A stretch of DNA of 64,000 bases, taken from the IMG/VR virus record IMGVR_UViG_3300017565_000004, positions 1,049 through 65,048 of that record, one strand, 5' to 3'. This DNA comes from a virus. This document shows positions 30,094-39,419 of the stretch, one piece after another (positions within the stretch are counted from its first letter, which is position 1; each line of letters starts with the position of its first letter). The notes under the pieces are model-generated. The model was not told the DNA's origin. It did no database searches and saw only the letters and a list, made by a program, of their open reading frames with translations. The translations under genes and the position numbers were made by a program.

Positions 30094-32064
30094 ATGGCGG
30101 AGATTAAGCAGTTAACCGGGGATATGACGTTACGCGTGATGTATCCGGAAGTAAATAAGAACATAACGAACGTGAATGCGGAAATCGTCGGACACAAAGC
30201 GTCGGAACAGGCGCACGCGGCCGATGCGATTACGTATAACGGGAACGTACCGGCAGCAAGCGTTAAAGAAGCGATTGATAAGACGGATTCGCGTATATCG
30301 GAGATTGTAGCGCAGGCTGGCGATAGTAACACGGAAATCGTAGATGCGCGAGGAGGCGCTCCGGTACTTGGCGAAAGACTTAACGGTCTTGATGAACAGT
30401 TGGCGGATACTAAGACTGAACTGGATGACGCTACAAGAAGCAGGGCAGTATCGAATGTGATAAAACGAATGATAAATGGTGACGCAGTTATTGTCGTCTG
30501 CTATGGCGATAGCATGACATTTGGATACACACCCGGCACAGGAGTAAAAACAGCTAATCCATACCCAGAGACATTGCAAAAGGTGTTACGCAAATATTAC
30601 AACAACAATAATATTACTGTTTACAATGAGGGGGTATCTAGTATAACTAGTGCGGGTCTAGCTTCTGATAGTAATATATTGAATGTTACTAGGCACGCTC
30701 CTCATTTGACGATTGTAATGGCTGGAATAAACGATAACCTACAAGGTGTAGATGTCTCTCAATATAAGGAGAATCTAAGGTTAATCCTTACTAAGATTAA
30801 CTCCGCATTCGTGTTGTTATCACCTACTCCTTACTACCGTACTAGTGGTGGTGGTGATTTAATAAATAGAAATCGGATATTGGAGTACGTAAAAGCAGCA
30901 GGTGAAATTGCACTACAGTTTAATGCTGATTTTGTAAATACATTTGATGCTGTTAATAAAGATATGCGCTTTTCAAATAAACGCTGGACTGATATTTTTG
31001 GTGACGACTTGCATTTTGTGGACTCATATTATCAACGATTCGCTAATATGGTTTTTGCAAAACGGTTGTGTAATGTAAACATCCTCATCGATAAAGATAC
31101 AAACATCAATACTTACGACGCAGCTTGGCAATTTGCTGGAACATATAGTTATTACGCAATGTCTAATAACCCACAAGTGCGAAACGTAATATTAAAGCCA
31201 GGCGCAAAGGCTACTGTTAATATTTTCATAGATGCTCCTGGAGCTAAAGTGTATTTAAGATGCCCAACAGGAACAAACGTACCTGCTCCAGCAATTTCAA
31301 CTAAAGTTACAGTGGATGATGCAATTAAAAACTGTGTACCACTTAATAGTGATTTCACAAGAAGGACAACAACAGCCACATCAGATATTTTTTGGGATGA
31401 GCGTTTTTATATTACCGAACTTCCATACGGGTTACACACATTGATTATAGAAAATAGCGGCTCATCTAACGATATATTCCTTTCCTCGTTAGAGGTAGAA
31501 ATAGCAGATAATCAAAAATCAATTAGTAGTAAAGCGGCAGCAAGCACATCAAGTCGTAATAAGATTGTCGATAACAGTTTATATTCATTGGTGGCAGGCG
31601 CTTCTAGTGGTATTCATTACAGTTTTATCAACAATTATGGTGGTGCTAAAAGAGGAAGTAAAATTAAGATAACACTTAATCCGAGTGGTGATACTGCAGG
31701 AATATGCTTAGGTTCACATTACGTGGTTAATGACGAAACCTTGTTCAAGACTCCAAAATTCGCAATTTATACAACCAATGGAGTTTTAATGTGTACCCTC
31801 ATTTCTACAGGCGGTTCAAGTGACAATCTTCCTTCACCTCGCTTCTTTCATGTTGCTAAGACAGGGAATGAAGTGTTTAATTTCAATACTGAAAATACCA
31901 TACTGATAGAGTACACAAATAATGGCGTGTCTATATTTGTTAACGATCAGTTATCACTTACATTAACGTATGATGAGTTTCTAGTAGGTGATTTAGACGT
32001 TTGGATGTATGCGTACAATGCTAATTCGAAAGTAGAAGTGACAAAAGTTGAAATTATTAGTTAA
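30094..32064 (+). CDS. Tail fibre or receptor-binding protein with SGNH esterase domain
   Basis: N-terminal EIVDARG..LGERL anchor; GDSMT, GIND, DDLH blocks. Confidence 0.82.
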   Translation: MAEIKQLTGDMTLRVMYPEVNKNITNVNAEIVGHKASEQAHAADAITYNGNVPAASVKEAIDKTDSRISEIVAQAGDSNTEIVDARGGAPVLGERLNGLDEQLADTKTELDDATRSRAVSNVIKRMINGDAVIVVCYGDSMTFGYTPGTGVKTANPYPETLQKVLRKYYNNNNITVYNEGVSSITSAGLASDSNILNVTRHAPHLTIVMAGINDNLQGVDVSQYKENLRLILTKINSAFVLLSPTPYYRTSGGGDLINRNRILEYVKAAGEIALQFNADFVNTFDAVNKDMRFSNKRWTDIFGDDLHFVDSYYQRFANMVFAKRLCNVNILIDKDTNINTYDAAWQFAGTYSYYAMSNNPQVRNVILKPGAKATVNIFIDAPGAKVYLRCPTGTNVPAPAISTKVTVDDAIKNCVPLNSDFTRRTTTATSDIFWDERFYITELPYGLHTLIIENSGSSNDIFLSSLEVEIADNQKSISSKAAASTSSRNKIVDNSLYSLVAGASSGIHYSFINNYGGAKRGSKIKITLNPSGDTAGICLGSHYVVNDETLFKTPKFAIYTTNGVLMCTLISTGGSSDNLPSPRFFHVAKTGNEVFNFNTENTILIEYTNNGVSIFVNDQLSLTLTYDEFLVGDLDVWMYAYNANSKVEVTKVEIIS

Positions 32065-32145
32065 TAAAGAACCTCGAAGTTAGTGTACTTTCAGTCTGAT
32101 TAAGCTTATAATTTTTGTTAAATATAGTTATAGGCGGTATTTGAT

Positions 32146-32349
32146 ATGATTAAGAGTATGACATATATAATTAAGAAGATGTTTGCCCATGAAAAGGAAG
32201 TAGTACCCGAAACGCATGAGGTTTGTTCGGAATGTAAAGGATCGGGTTTTGAAGATATGGTTTTTGATTGCCAACACTGCGAGGGAAGCGGTTATGTAAA
32301 AAAGCCATATTTAAAGTATATTGAAACCTTGCCGCCTTTGGATAATTAA
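32146..32349 (+). CDS. Small CxxCxGxG zinc-finger protein (YuiA-like)
   Basis: CSECKGSG and CQHCEGSG; AT-rich. Confidence 0.65.
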   Translation: MIKSMTYIIKKMFAHEKEVVPETHEVCSECKGSGFEDMVFDCQHCEGSGYVKKPYLKYIETLPPLDN

Positions 32350-32411
32350 CTGCGATAAGCTAAACGAATTATGTAACATAGTTGGACCATACTGTTCACT
32401 AAACGAAGGAG

Positions 32412-32438
32412 GAACGCTCGTAATCGGGCGTTCTTTTT
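32412..32438 (+). terminator. Intrinsic terminator
   Basis: GAACGCTCG-TAAT-CGGGCGTTC followed by T run. Confidence 0.7.
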
Positions 32439-32468
32439 CGTCATTCCCAACGAAAGGAGGACGCATTA

Positions 32469-34199
32469 TTGACGAAATCACTCGAATTACACACGGTCGT
32501 CGGCACTAACCGTCGCCACCGCTTACCGTTCGCCGCCGACGTAAGCGTCCGCGAAACGCTTAACGGTCAATACTACGTCACGTTCCGTTATCCGCGGCAG
32601 GCTGACGACCTCGACCGATACGAAGCGTTGGTCGAACGTAATCAAATCGTATTCCCGGACGGGCTTGCTGATAACGTGTCCGGTCAACGCTTCGTTATTA
32701 AGTCGGTATCCGAAGTCCGCTCCGGCAAACGAATATATAAGCAAGTCGAGGCGCACCACGTCGCGTTCGAGCTTAATCGTTATTATCTCGACGAATATAT
32801 CGATTTCGAAGCCGCGCGGCCACCGGAATATCTGCTGACGAAACTCGGCAACGATACGCCATTTACGATGCAGCTTATCGGAAACTTTACGGCACAGGAC
32901 GTATGGGAGTTCGGAGAGAAACGTAAGCACGCGCTGCTTAACGAAGTCCGATCGATGTATGACGGCGAATTGACGTACGATAACTATACGATAACACTAA
33001 CGACGCGGGCCGGTTTTAACTACGGCGCATCCGTCCGTTACCGTAAGAATCTATCCGGTATTACTCGTAAGAGCCACGATATGGAACGGATCACGCGGCT
33101 ATACGGCTACGGTAAGAACGGTCTGACTATCGAAGGGTACGCCGGTCACACAACGAAATATATCGATTCGCAGTATTACGACGCTAACCATCCGTACGAA
33201 GACTCCGTTACCTTTGCGGACATTGATACGCAAGCAGCGTTACTTGCCGCTATGCAGAAGTATTTGAAGGAGCGCGAGCTGCCGAAAGTAACCTACGATA
33301 TAGACTTCGTACAACTCGAAAAGGTTGACGGAAACGATAGTTTGGACGCAATACGGGGCGTCGGCGATACAGTGACCGTCCGTGACGAAGAACTCGGATT
33401 CCATTTCGACGCACGCGTGGTCGATTACGAGCGATATCCGTTCGAGCCGAAGAAGGCAAGAGTAGTCCTTGCCAATTTCCGCGAGTTTAGCACGTCCGAT
33501 TACGTATGGCAGGCGACGGTCGGCAGTCAGAAGGCGATTAAGTATACGAGTAAAAATGCGGTACTTAAAGGTGTTAAGTATGACGATTCCATAACGTTAG
33601 TCGACGGAATGGGTATGGCGGTATCGGACGACCTCGACCGTATCCGCGTTCGGCTCGGACAGGTGGAGGCCGGCGAATACGGATTAACGTTGTACAATAA
33701 AGCCGGCGCAAAAACGTTGTGGCTCGATGCGACGACCGGAGATGCGATGTTTAGCGGTAATATCGTAGCGTCGAACTTCCGGACGAATCCCGACGGATAC
33801 CCATTCGTTGAGTTATCGTCGGACAATAACGTATTTAAGGCGGCGAAGTCGGCGACGGCATACATCGAAATCGAGGCGAATCCTACTTCGTATGCGGCTC
33901 CGATTATGAAGCATGTGGACGGCGGTTCCGTACACTATGCCGGATTGATGGGCGGCAGTTACTTTTCGTTGGTATCCGGTGGTAATTACGATATTGGTGC
34001 GCAGGATGGTACGTTGAGATTAAGCGGCAATACGGTAAACATATCCGGCACGCAAACAACTATCGATTCGAACGTTTATATTGCGGCTACTAACGACTTA
34101 GTACTAAACAGCACATCACGTCTATTTTTTGGTATTACGAGCCTATCTAGTATACTAAACGGAATTTATAGCAGGCTTTCTGCATTAGAATCTGCATAA
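32469..34199 (+). CDS. Tail spike/Tal (prophage tail endopeptidase family)
   Basis: YRKNLSGI, ITRLYGYGKNGL, PKVTYDID, VGDTV. Confidence 0.85.
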   Translation: MTKSLELHTVVGTNRRHRLPFAADVSVRETLNGQYYVTFRYPRQADDLDRYEALVERNQIVFPDGLADNVSGQRFVIKSVSEVRSGKRIYKQVEAHHVAFELNRYYLDEYIDFEAARPPEYLLTKLGNDTPFTMQLIGNFTAQDVWEFGEKRKHALLNEVRSMYDGELTYDNYTITLTTRAGFNYGASVRYRKNLSGITRKSHDMERITRLYGYGKNGLTIEGYAGHTTKYIDSQYYDANHPYEDSVTFADIDTQAALLAAMQKYLKERELPKVTYDIDFVQLEKVDGNDSLDAIRGVGDTVTVRDEELGFHFDARVVDYERYPFEPKKARVVLANFREFSTSDYVWQATVGSQKAIKYTSKNAVLKGVKYDDSITLVDGMGMAVSDDLDRIRVRLGQVEAGEYGLTLYNKAGAKTLWLDATTGDAMFSGNIVASNFRTNPDGYPFVELSSDNNVFKAAKSATAYIEIEANPTSYAAPIMKHVDGGSVHYAGLMGGSYFSLVSGGNYDIGAQDGTLRLSGNTVNISGTQTTIDSNVYIAATNDLVLNSTSRLFFGITSLSSILNGIYSRLSALESA

Positions 34200-34202
34200 T
34201 AT

Positions 34203-34233
34203 TTGAAACCTTTTCGTTTATAAATGGTACAAT
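34203..34233 (+). promoter_or_regulatory. SigmaA-type promoter for moron
   Basis: TTGAAA ... TGG TACAAT (extended -10; 19-nt spacer). Confidence 0.55.
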
Positions 34234-34254
34234 ATAGAAAAGGGAGGCGATATT

Positions 34255-34758
34255 ATGAAAAAGGTTCTATCGATATTATTAGTAGCTTCAATGCTAGGCG
34301 GTACGGCTGTATTCGCAAGTGGCTCGTCCCTAATCGGTCAAAAAGTACAGTCGGAGGTTGTTGTTAAGCTTGACGGTGAAACGTTAGGTAACGCCGTAAT
34401 CGTTAATAAAACAACGTATGCACCTGTTCGTCTAATTGCGGAGGCGACCGGTTTAGAAGTTGGATACGTACCGGGGGAGGTTACGTTAGTGTCCGAAGCG
34501 GAAGTGGCTAAGACGCCCGATGAGCTAACGAAAGAAAAACGGCAATTAACGGCACGTGCCGAATTTCTTAATAGCGCTATTTCAGACGCGGAATATTCGT
34601 TAAAGAAATATCGTGCAGCACTCGTTCAAGTTGACGAGACAGTTGTTGATTTCTACGTAGACCTCATTACGCAGGGCGACCGTGAGTATGTTGCTTTTAC
34701 GGAGGAACTTACGGAGGTTACCGAACGAATAGCGGAAATCGACGAATTACTTAAATAG
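34255..34758 (+). CDS. Secreted moron protein: signal peptide, stalk domain, coiled coil
   Basis: MKKVLSILLVASMLGGTAVFA; TTYAPVRLIAEATG. Confidence 0.75.
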   Translation: MKKVLSILLVASMLGGTAVFASGSSLIGQKVQSEVVVKLDGETLGNAVIVNKTTYAPVRLIAEATGLEVGYVPGEVTLVSEAEVAKTPDELTKEKRQLTARAEFLNSAISDAEYSLKKYRAALVQVDETVVDFYVDLITQGDREYVAFTEELTEVTERIAEIDELLK

Positions 34759-34766
34759 AAACACAC

Positions 34767-34796
34767 GGACTACGGCGCGCTGCTGTAGTCTTTTTT
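34767..34796 (+). terminator. Intrinsic terminator
   Basis: GGACTACGGC-GCGCT-GCTGTAGTCT followed by T run. Confidence 0.75.
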
Positions 34797-34808
34797 ATTT
34801 TACGAAAG

Positions 34809-35009
34809 GTGGCGATTGTCACGGCACAAATACGTCATAAACTCGAAATACTCGTCAATATCGACGAACCTGTAGCGGAGATCAATAATGTGATTTCCGC
34901 TTTTTTGCGTCTACATCCCGGCCGCGATCACGAAATTTTGGCGGCACTTCAACGGAACATAGACGAAGCAATTACGAAAATTGAAGCGGAAGGTGGCGGC
35001 GACAAATGA
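34809..35009 (+). CDS. Hypothetical protein (likely ACG start at 34821)
   Basis: RBS AAAGGTGG overlaps the GTG; coupled to next gene. Confidence 0.6.
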   Translation: MAIVTAQIRHKLEILVNIDEPVAEINNVISAFLRLHPGRDHEILAALQRNIDEAITKIEAEGGGDK

Positions 35010-35251
35010 GCGTAGAATCCGAAGTATTACAACGTATCACGCGTGTAGAAACGAAAGTCGACGGGATGGACTCGAAATTAGATAACGCTATCCGTGCGAA
35101 CGAGACGGCGATTTTGGCGTTAGAGCAGGCGCGGCACGCAAACGATAGGCTAACGAAGATTGAAGATAATCAACGCTGGTTATGGCGGACGTTCGGCGGG
35201 GCGGTTATTGTCGCTATCGCAACGTTCATTATTGCTGGCGGATTAAAATAA
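35006..35251 (+). CDS. XhlA-like holin accessory
   Basis: RITRVETKVD...KIEDNQRWLWR plus C-terminal TM. Confidence 0.85.
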   Translation: MSVESEVLQRITRVETKVDGMDSKLDNAIRANETAILALEQARHANDRLTKIEDNQRWLWRTFGGAVIVAIATFIIAGGLK

Positions 35252-35270
35252 TATAACGGAGGGATTACGT

Positions 35271-35471
35271 ATGAAAAAATGGACGAAAGCGGCGACAGTC
35301 CGCGCAATTAAGACGGCAGCACAAACGGCAATCGGGGCAATCGGAGCGACTACGGTATTTGGCGAAGTAGACTGGCGCATCGTCGGGGGTACGGTATTAC
35401 TCGCTACGATTACGAGCTTCCTAACGAGTTTGGCGGGATTACCGGAGGTTAGTACGGAAGGTGACGAATAA
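35271..35471 (+). CDS. Holin (r1t-type)
   Basis: RAIKTAAQTAIG...SFLTSLAGLPEV. Confidence 0.88.
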   Translation: MKKWTKAATVRAIKTAAQTAIGAIGATTVFGEVDWRIVGGTVLLATITSFLTSLAGLPEVSTEGDE

Positions 35472-36160
35472 TGAGCTACGTATATCGTACCGATCACATA
35501 CCTCGTAACGTGCCGCATAACCGACGTCCCGGAATAGCGCTCGCCGCTACGACTATTACGATTCACAACACCGGCAATCCATCGTCAACGGCACGTAACG
35601 AGCGTACATGGTTAACGAATCCAACGAACAGTCGGACGGCATCGTATCACATTGTCGTAGATGAACGCGAAGCAATCGAAGTCCTTCCGCTTAACGAGGT
35701 CGGATGGCACGCGGGCGACGGAAGTAAAGCAACGAGTGGGAACCGTACATCAATCGGAATTGAAATCTGCGAAAGCGGCAATTACGAAAAGACGCTAGAT
35801 AACACGGTTAAACTCGTAGCGAAAATGCTATACGAGCGCGGTTGGGGAACGGATAGATTACGTAGACATTACGATTGGTCACGTAAAATATGTCCGAGGT
35901 TAATGTATGACGGCGGCAAGTGGGCGAGCTGGCATGTATTCGTAGATCGTGTAAACGCGGAATTAACGAAGTTGAAAGGGGTGGTGTCGAAAGTGAAGTA
36001 CGATGAAGTAGCGGTAAAGGTTAATGGCGCGGACATTGGCGAGGTAGGATGGTTAACGGCCGGCGTGACGCGTGTGCCTGTGCGTAAGGTGGCGGAGGCG
36101 CTCGGCGCGACCGTGACGTATGACAGCAAAACGAAGACCGTAATTATAACGAAAGCGTAA
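35471..36160 (+). CDS. Endolysin, N-acetylmuramoyl-L-alanine amidase (Amidase_2) with stalk domain
   Basis: TIHNTG, SYHIVVD, WHAGDG, SIGIEIC, HYDWSRKICP; C-terminal VPVRKVAEALGATV. Confidence 0.93.
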   Translation: MSYVYRTDHIPRNVPHNRRPGIALAATTITIHNTGNPSSTARNERTWLTNPTNSRTASYHIVVDEREAIEVLPLNEVGWHAGDGSKATSGNRTSIGIEICESGNYEKTLDNTVKLVAKMLYERGWGTDRLRRHYDWSRKICPRLMYDGGKWASWHVFVDRVNAELTKLKGVVSKVKYDEVAVKVNGADIGEVGWLTAGVTRVPVRKVAEALGATVTYDSKTKTVIITKA

Positions 36161-36200
36161 CGAAGGAAAGTCGAAGTAAGAACGAAAGTGTAGCGAAGTC

Positions 36201-36252
36201 GGCCCGTCGGGTTATCGGAGTAAATTCCGGTATCTCGGCGGGCCTTTTTTTT
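36201..36252 (+). terminator. Late operon terminator
   Basis: GGCCCGTCGGG...CTCGGCGGGCC plus T8. Confidence 0.8.
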
Positions 36253-36290
36253 CTGCTTTAAACAGAAGCGCAATCGTGTGAAGTAATCTC

Positions 36291-36760
36291 CGATTCGTCA
36301 CCGATAACTTTGCGTAAAAATTACCGTCAATTTACATCGGACAACAACTGCTTTATAATGATAAAATAACGTAACAGTTAAGAAGTTGTTGTTGCGAAAT
36401 TTTACCGAAAAATGACGACGGAAAAACACCGTTCGGGTATCGTTGACCCTGCTAAAGTAACTCGTTCTGCTCTTCAAAACGCAGCATCTGTTGCAGCTAT
36501 GTTCCTAACAACAGAAGCTGTAGTTGCTGACAAGCCAGAACCAAAAGCTCCTGCAATGCCTGACATGGGCGGCATGGGCGGTATGGGCGGCATGATGTAA
36601 CGCTAATCCCGCGTGGTTACGCCATTCTAACGATCCGTCACCGCTAACTTTAGCGGAAAATTAACGGTCAATTTTCGATTAAAAACGGTATCTATTTCGG
36701 TCAAATTGTGAAGCTGTGGTTCTCGCAATTTAATCGTAAAGCAACAACCACTTCTTAACT
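36291..36760. other. attP region with flanking direct and inverted repeats
   Basis: Imperfect ~43-bp direct repeats at 36291-36333 and 36631-36674; 20-bp inverted repeat at 36376-36395 and 36741-36760 (1 mismatch). Confidence 0.8.
36436..36600 (+). pseudogene. groEL: 3' fragment of groEL (replacement sequence in attP)
   Basis: [35 protein letters not shown]...[11 protein letters not shown]. Confidence 0.95.
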
Positions 36761-36772
36761 AATCATTAAGGA

Positions 36773-37693
36773 GTGGTTTTTGTGTTGTTGAAATTCGCAT
36801 ATCAAGATTTCATCGAGGATCGCCAGCTAAAGAATACATCTAAGAAAAACCTAATCAACTATACTACAATGCTCGGTGAGTTTATCGATTATTGTACGAA
36901 AAATGGCGTAATGAAAATCGAGGATATATCAGCAGTTACGATTAAGAGTTATCTATTCGAATGCAAAGAGCGCGGTAACGGTGCGGCTACGCTAAATACG
37001 AAGATTCAACGTATACGGGCGTTTATGAATTATCTAGTGGAGTCCGAATTTCTCACGAAAAGTCCCGCCGCGGCCGTTAAGCTCGTTAAGACGGACACGA
37101 AGATAGACGTATTTACTGACGATCATATTCGGCAAATGCTCGCCTATTACCGTAGTCTACGGCGGAAGGAACACGCCTTTTACGCTTACCGTGATTATAT
37201 GCTCATTATTTTCATGCTAGGTACGGGGGCGCGGCGTGGCGAGATATTGGTGCTGAAGTGGAGTGACGTCGATTTCGATAATGGTTCGGTGGCGCTATTC
37301 GGTAAGACGCGGAGGAGAGAGACGATTCCTATAACGGACAAGCTCGTTAAGGAGCTGCGCGCATATAAGATGTATCTGCATCAAACGTGGAAGGAACCGT
37401 CTGAGTACGTATTCACTAAACGCGATAATACGCAAATGACCGAAAACGCGCTGATGCTGATATTCACGAATCTGCGCAAGAAAATGGGGTTCGACGAGGT
37501 GCGGGTGTCGCCGCACACGTTTCGCCATACGTACTGTCACCGGTTAGCAATGTCCGGTATGTCTGCGTTCGCCATACAGAAGCTGATGCGACATCAGAAT
37601 ATATCCGTAACGATGCGGTACGTGGCGATGTGGGGAAATGAACTTCGCGAACAGAACGATAAGCATAATCCGTTAAACAATATCGATATCTAA
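36773..37693 (+). CDS. int: Tyrosine integrase
   Basis: GARRGE, HTFRH, MRHQNISVTMRY catalytic set; N-terminal SAM-like domain. Confidence 0.93.
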   Translation: MVFVLLKFAYQDFIEDRQLKNTSKKNLINYTTMLGEFIDYCTKNGVMKIEDISAVTIKSYLFECKERGNGAATLNTKIQRIRAFMNYLVESEFLTKSPAAAVKLVKTDTKIDVFTDDHIRQMLAYYRSLRRKEHAFYAYRDYMLIIFMLGTGARRGEILVLKWSDVDFDNGSVALFGKTRRRETIPITDKLVKELRAYKMYLHQTWKEPSEYVFTKRDNTQMTENALMLIFTNLRKKMGFDEVRVSPHTFRHTYCHRLAMSGMSAFAIQKLMRHQNISVTMRYVAMWGNELREQNDKHNPLNNIDI

Positions 37694-37705
37694 CGTAAAC
37701 AAAAC

Positions 37706-37742
37706 GAAAGCCAGTAAGGCGCTATGCCTCGCTGGCTTTTTC
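37706..37742. terminator. Bidirectional terminator
   Basis: GAAAGCCAG..AGGC/GCCT..CTGGCTTT between convergent genes. Confidence 0.65.
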
Positions 37743-38141
37743 GTTATTCTCCGGTAATAATTCTCCGTCAACATTCCGATACATCCACGTTATCTCAAAT
37801 TTCTCCGTACACTTTTCGCACGTTACCGCCGTCATTTCCTTTTCGATCCGCAGCGCTTTCCGTCCGCCACAGCTCGGACACGATTCGTATTTCGGCGTAT
37901 TACCTAACGCCAGGATTACGATACCGGCAATTAGTGCGACGACACCGAGCGGCGGCACGGTCATAAACAGGAATATCGACGTACCTATCGATACAAGTCC
38001 GAGTCCGACCGATACGACACGTCCGATAACGCTTGGCCGCTCGACTTGTACTGCGCTAACCTTCGGTACGATATCGCGACCACAATGCTTACATACGATT
38101 GCTTCATCTTTTATTTCCTCCGCACAATACGGACATTTCAT
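37722..38141 (-). CDS. Zinc-ribbon membrane protein (possible immunity factor)
   Basis: CPYCAEEI..AIVCKHCG, two TM helices, second CxxC..CxxC; RBS GGAGGTGA. Confidence 0.75.
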   Translation of the reverse strand: MKCPYCAEEIKDEAIVCKHCGRDIVPKVSAVQVERPSVIGRVVSVGLGLVSIGTSIFLFMTVPPLGVVALIAGIVILALGNTPKYESCPSCGGRKALRIEKEMTAVTCEKCTEKFEITWMYRNVDGELLPENNEKASEA

Positions 38142-38316
38142 ACGATCACCTCCGTTACCATTAATTATAATATACCGGCGGGCACACGTATAGTTGTACG
38201 TGGGATTTTTACGGTAAATTAGCGGCTTGCGCTGTCCGGTAGGGTATTCGTAAGGGTAGACGGGCAGGAAGCGTAAAATGCCGCGTATAACCGCTTAAAA
38301 ATAAATTTACGATTAC

Positions 38317-38353
38317 ATGTCCCAATTTCGGAGAAACGTGTACTTACTATAGT
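38317..38353 (+). promoter_or_regulatory. Phage 37-bp promoter-like motif, copy 1
   Basis: ATGTCCCAATTTCG-gagaa-ACGTGTACTTACTATAGT. Confidence 0.75.
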
Positions 38354-38378
38354 GAGAGGACGGAAAGGAGGCGGTCGC

Positions 38379-38708
38379 ATGTCGGACGAGCATCCGGACA
38401 TATACGTAAAGTTCCATATCAGCGCGGTAAAGTCCGGACTCGTTGCGGACATGGGCGCGGAACTATTTCAGACGCTGGCCGTACTCGCATCGTTTATGGA
38501 CGGCGGTGGGCGCTGCTTTCCGAGTCAGACGTTGATAGCGGAGAGGCTCGGGGTATCGCGTGAAACCGCTAACCGGAGGATTGCGAAGCTGCTACGTTAT
38601 AGATGGTGGGGCGAGCCGATAGTCACAACGGAAAAACAGCGGACGGCTGCCGGATGGGAACGTACGATATATACAATACGGGAGGTGAGCGGATTTACCA
38701 TTTATTAG
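38379..38708 (+). CDS. Winged-HTH (HTH_36-like) DNA-binding protein
   Basis: CFPSQTLIAERLGVSRETANRRIAKL; RBS AAAGGAGG. Confidence 0.8.
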   Translation: MSDEHPDIYVKFHISAVKSGLVADMGAELFQTLAVLASFMDGGGRCFPSQTLIAERLGVSRETANRRIAKLLRYRWWGEPIVTTEKQRTAAGWERTIYTIREVSGFTIY

Positions 38709-38713
38709 GCGCA

Positions 38714-38809
38714 TATGTGACGCTGACGACACAGGGGTATGTGATGTAGACGTCACAAGGGTATGTGACACGAACGTCACACTAACTAGAACCAATATAA
38801 CTAGAACCA
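38714..38809. repeat. Three 24-bp iteron-like repeats plus two TAACTAGAACCA
   Basis: TATGTGA-N5-ACGWCACA at 38714, 38738, 38762. Confidence 0.8.
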
Positions 38810-39029
38810 TTAATAACTAAATAATATACCAACGCCTTATTCTACGAATAATTCGTTGGACGTAATTTATATCAAAACCTTATATCAAATAACATCATTA
38901 CGAACTATATGAAATATAGGACGTAATGGCAAGGAACGTAAGTGACGCGCTAGTATATAAACGCTAATAAACGATAGTTTCCGTTCAATCAATATGATTG
39001 TTCGTAAACAAACGAAGGAGGTTCGTTAT

Positions 39030-39419
39030 ATGACGAAAGTTAAATTACCGCGGCTCGTTGCGGATAAACTCGATCAGCTCCGCAGCTTCGGTTATAGTAC
39101 GGAAACAATATTCGCCTGCCGCGCAGATACCAGTCCAAATTACGCGATACTTCGTACGATTCCGTTTGATACATTCCTGCAGGCGGTCGTTAGCGGGTAC
39201 GAACGAGAAGTAACGGAGGTCGAACGGCAGGCTGAAGCTATCGAGCGAATCAAAACGACATATCAGCGCAAAAGAACCGAAGCTAGAGATGCGCGCGATC
39301 TGTATGAGGCCGGTATATATTGGAGGTTTATTGACGGAATGAAATTCGTATTAAACGAGCTAGGTGTTGTTATTGACGGAGTTAACAATATTAAAACGGA
39401 GGTGTCCGCGAATGGATAG
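39030..39419 (+). CDS. Hypothetical phage protein
   Basis: RBS AAGGAGG; KVKLPRLVA. Confidence 0.7.
   Translation: MTKVKLPRLVADKLDQLRSFGYSTETIFACRADTSPNYAILRTIPFDTFLQAVVSGYEREVTEVERQAEAIERIKTTYQRKRTEARDARDLYEAGIYWRFIDGMKFVLNELGVVIDGVNNIKTEVSANG

Noticed and set aside
30094-34199. Diversity-generating retroelement or invertase shufflon at the tail fibre
   Set aside because: No reverse transcriptase, template repeat or invertase was seen in the window
36148-36198. 18-bp imperfect direct repeat after the endolysin
   Set aside because: Built from the ACGAA words common in this genome; only two copies and no supportable function
36412-36600. 62-aa ORF as an independent gene, or as a sign of host chromosome
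   Set aside because: It is only the groEL tail with 8 unrelated codons and no RBS, and phage genes lie on both sides, so it is attP rather than a prophage boundary
38714-38781. Repeats as a CRISPR array or CRP sites
   Set aside because: 24-bp tandem period with no spacers and no cas operon; half-site spacing is N8, not the N6 of CRP
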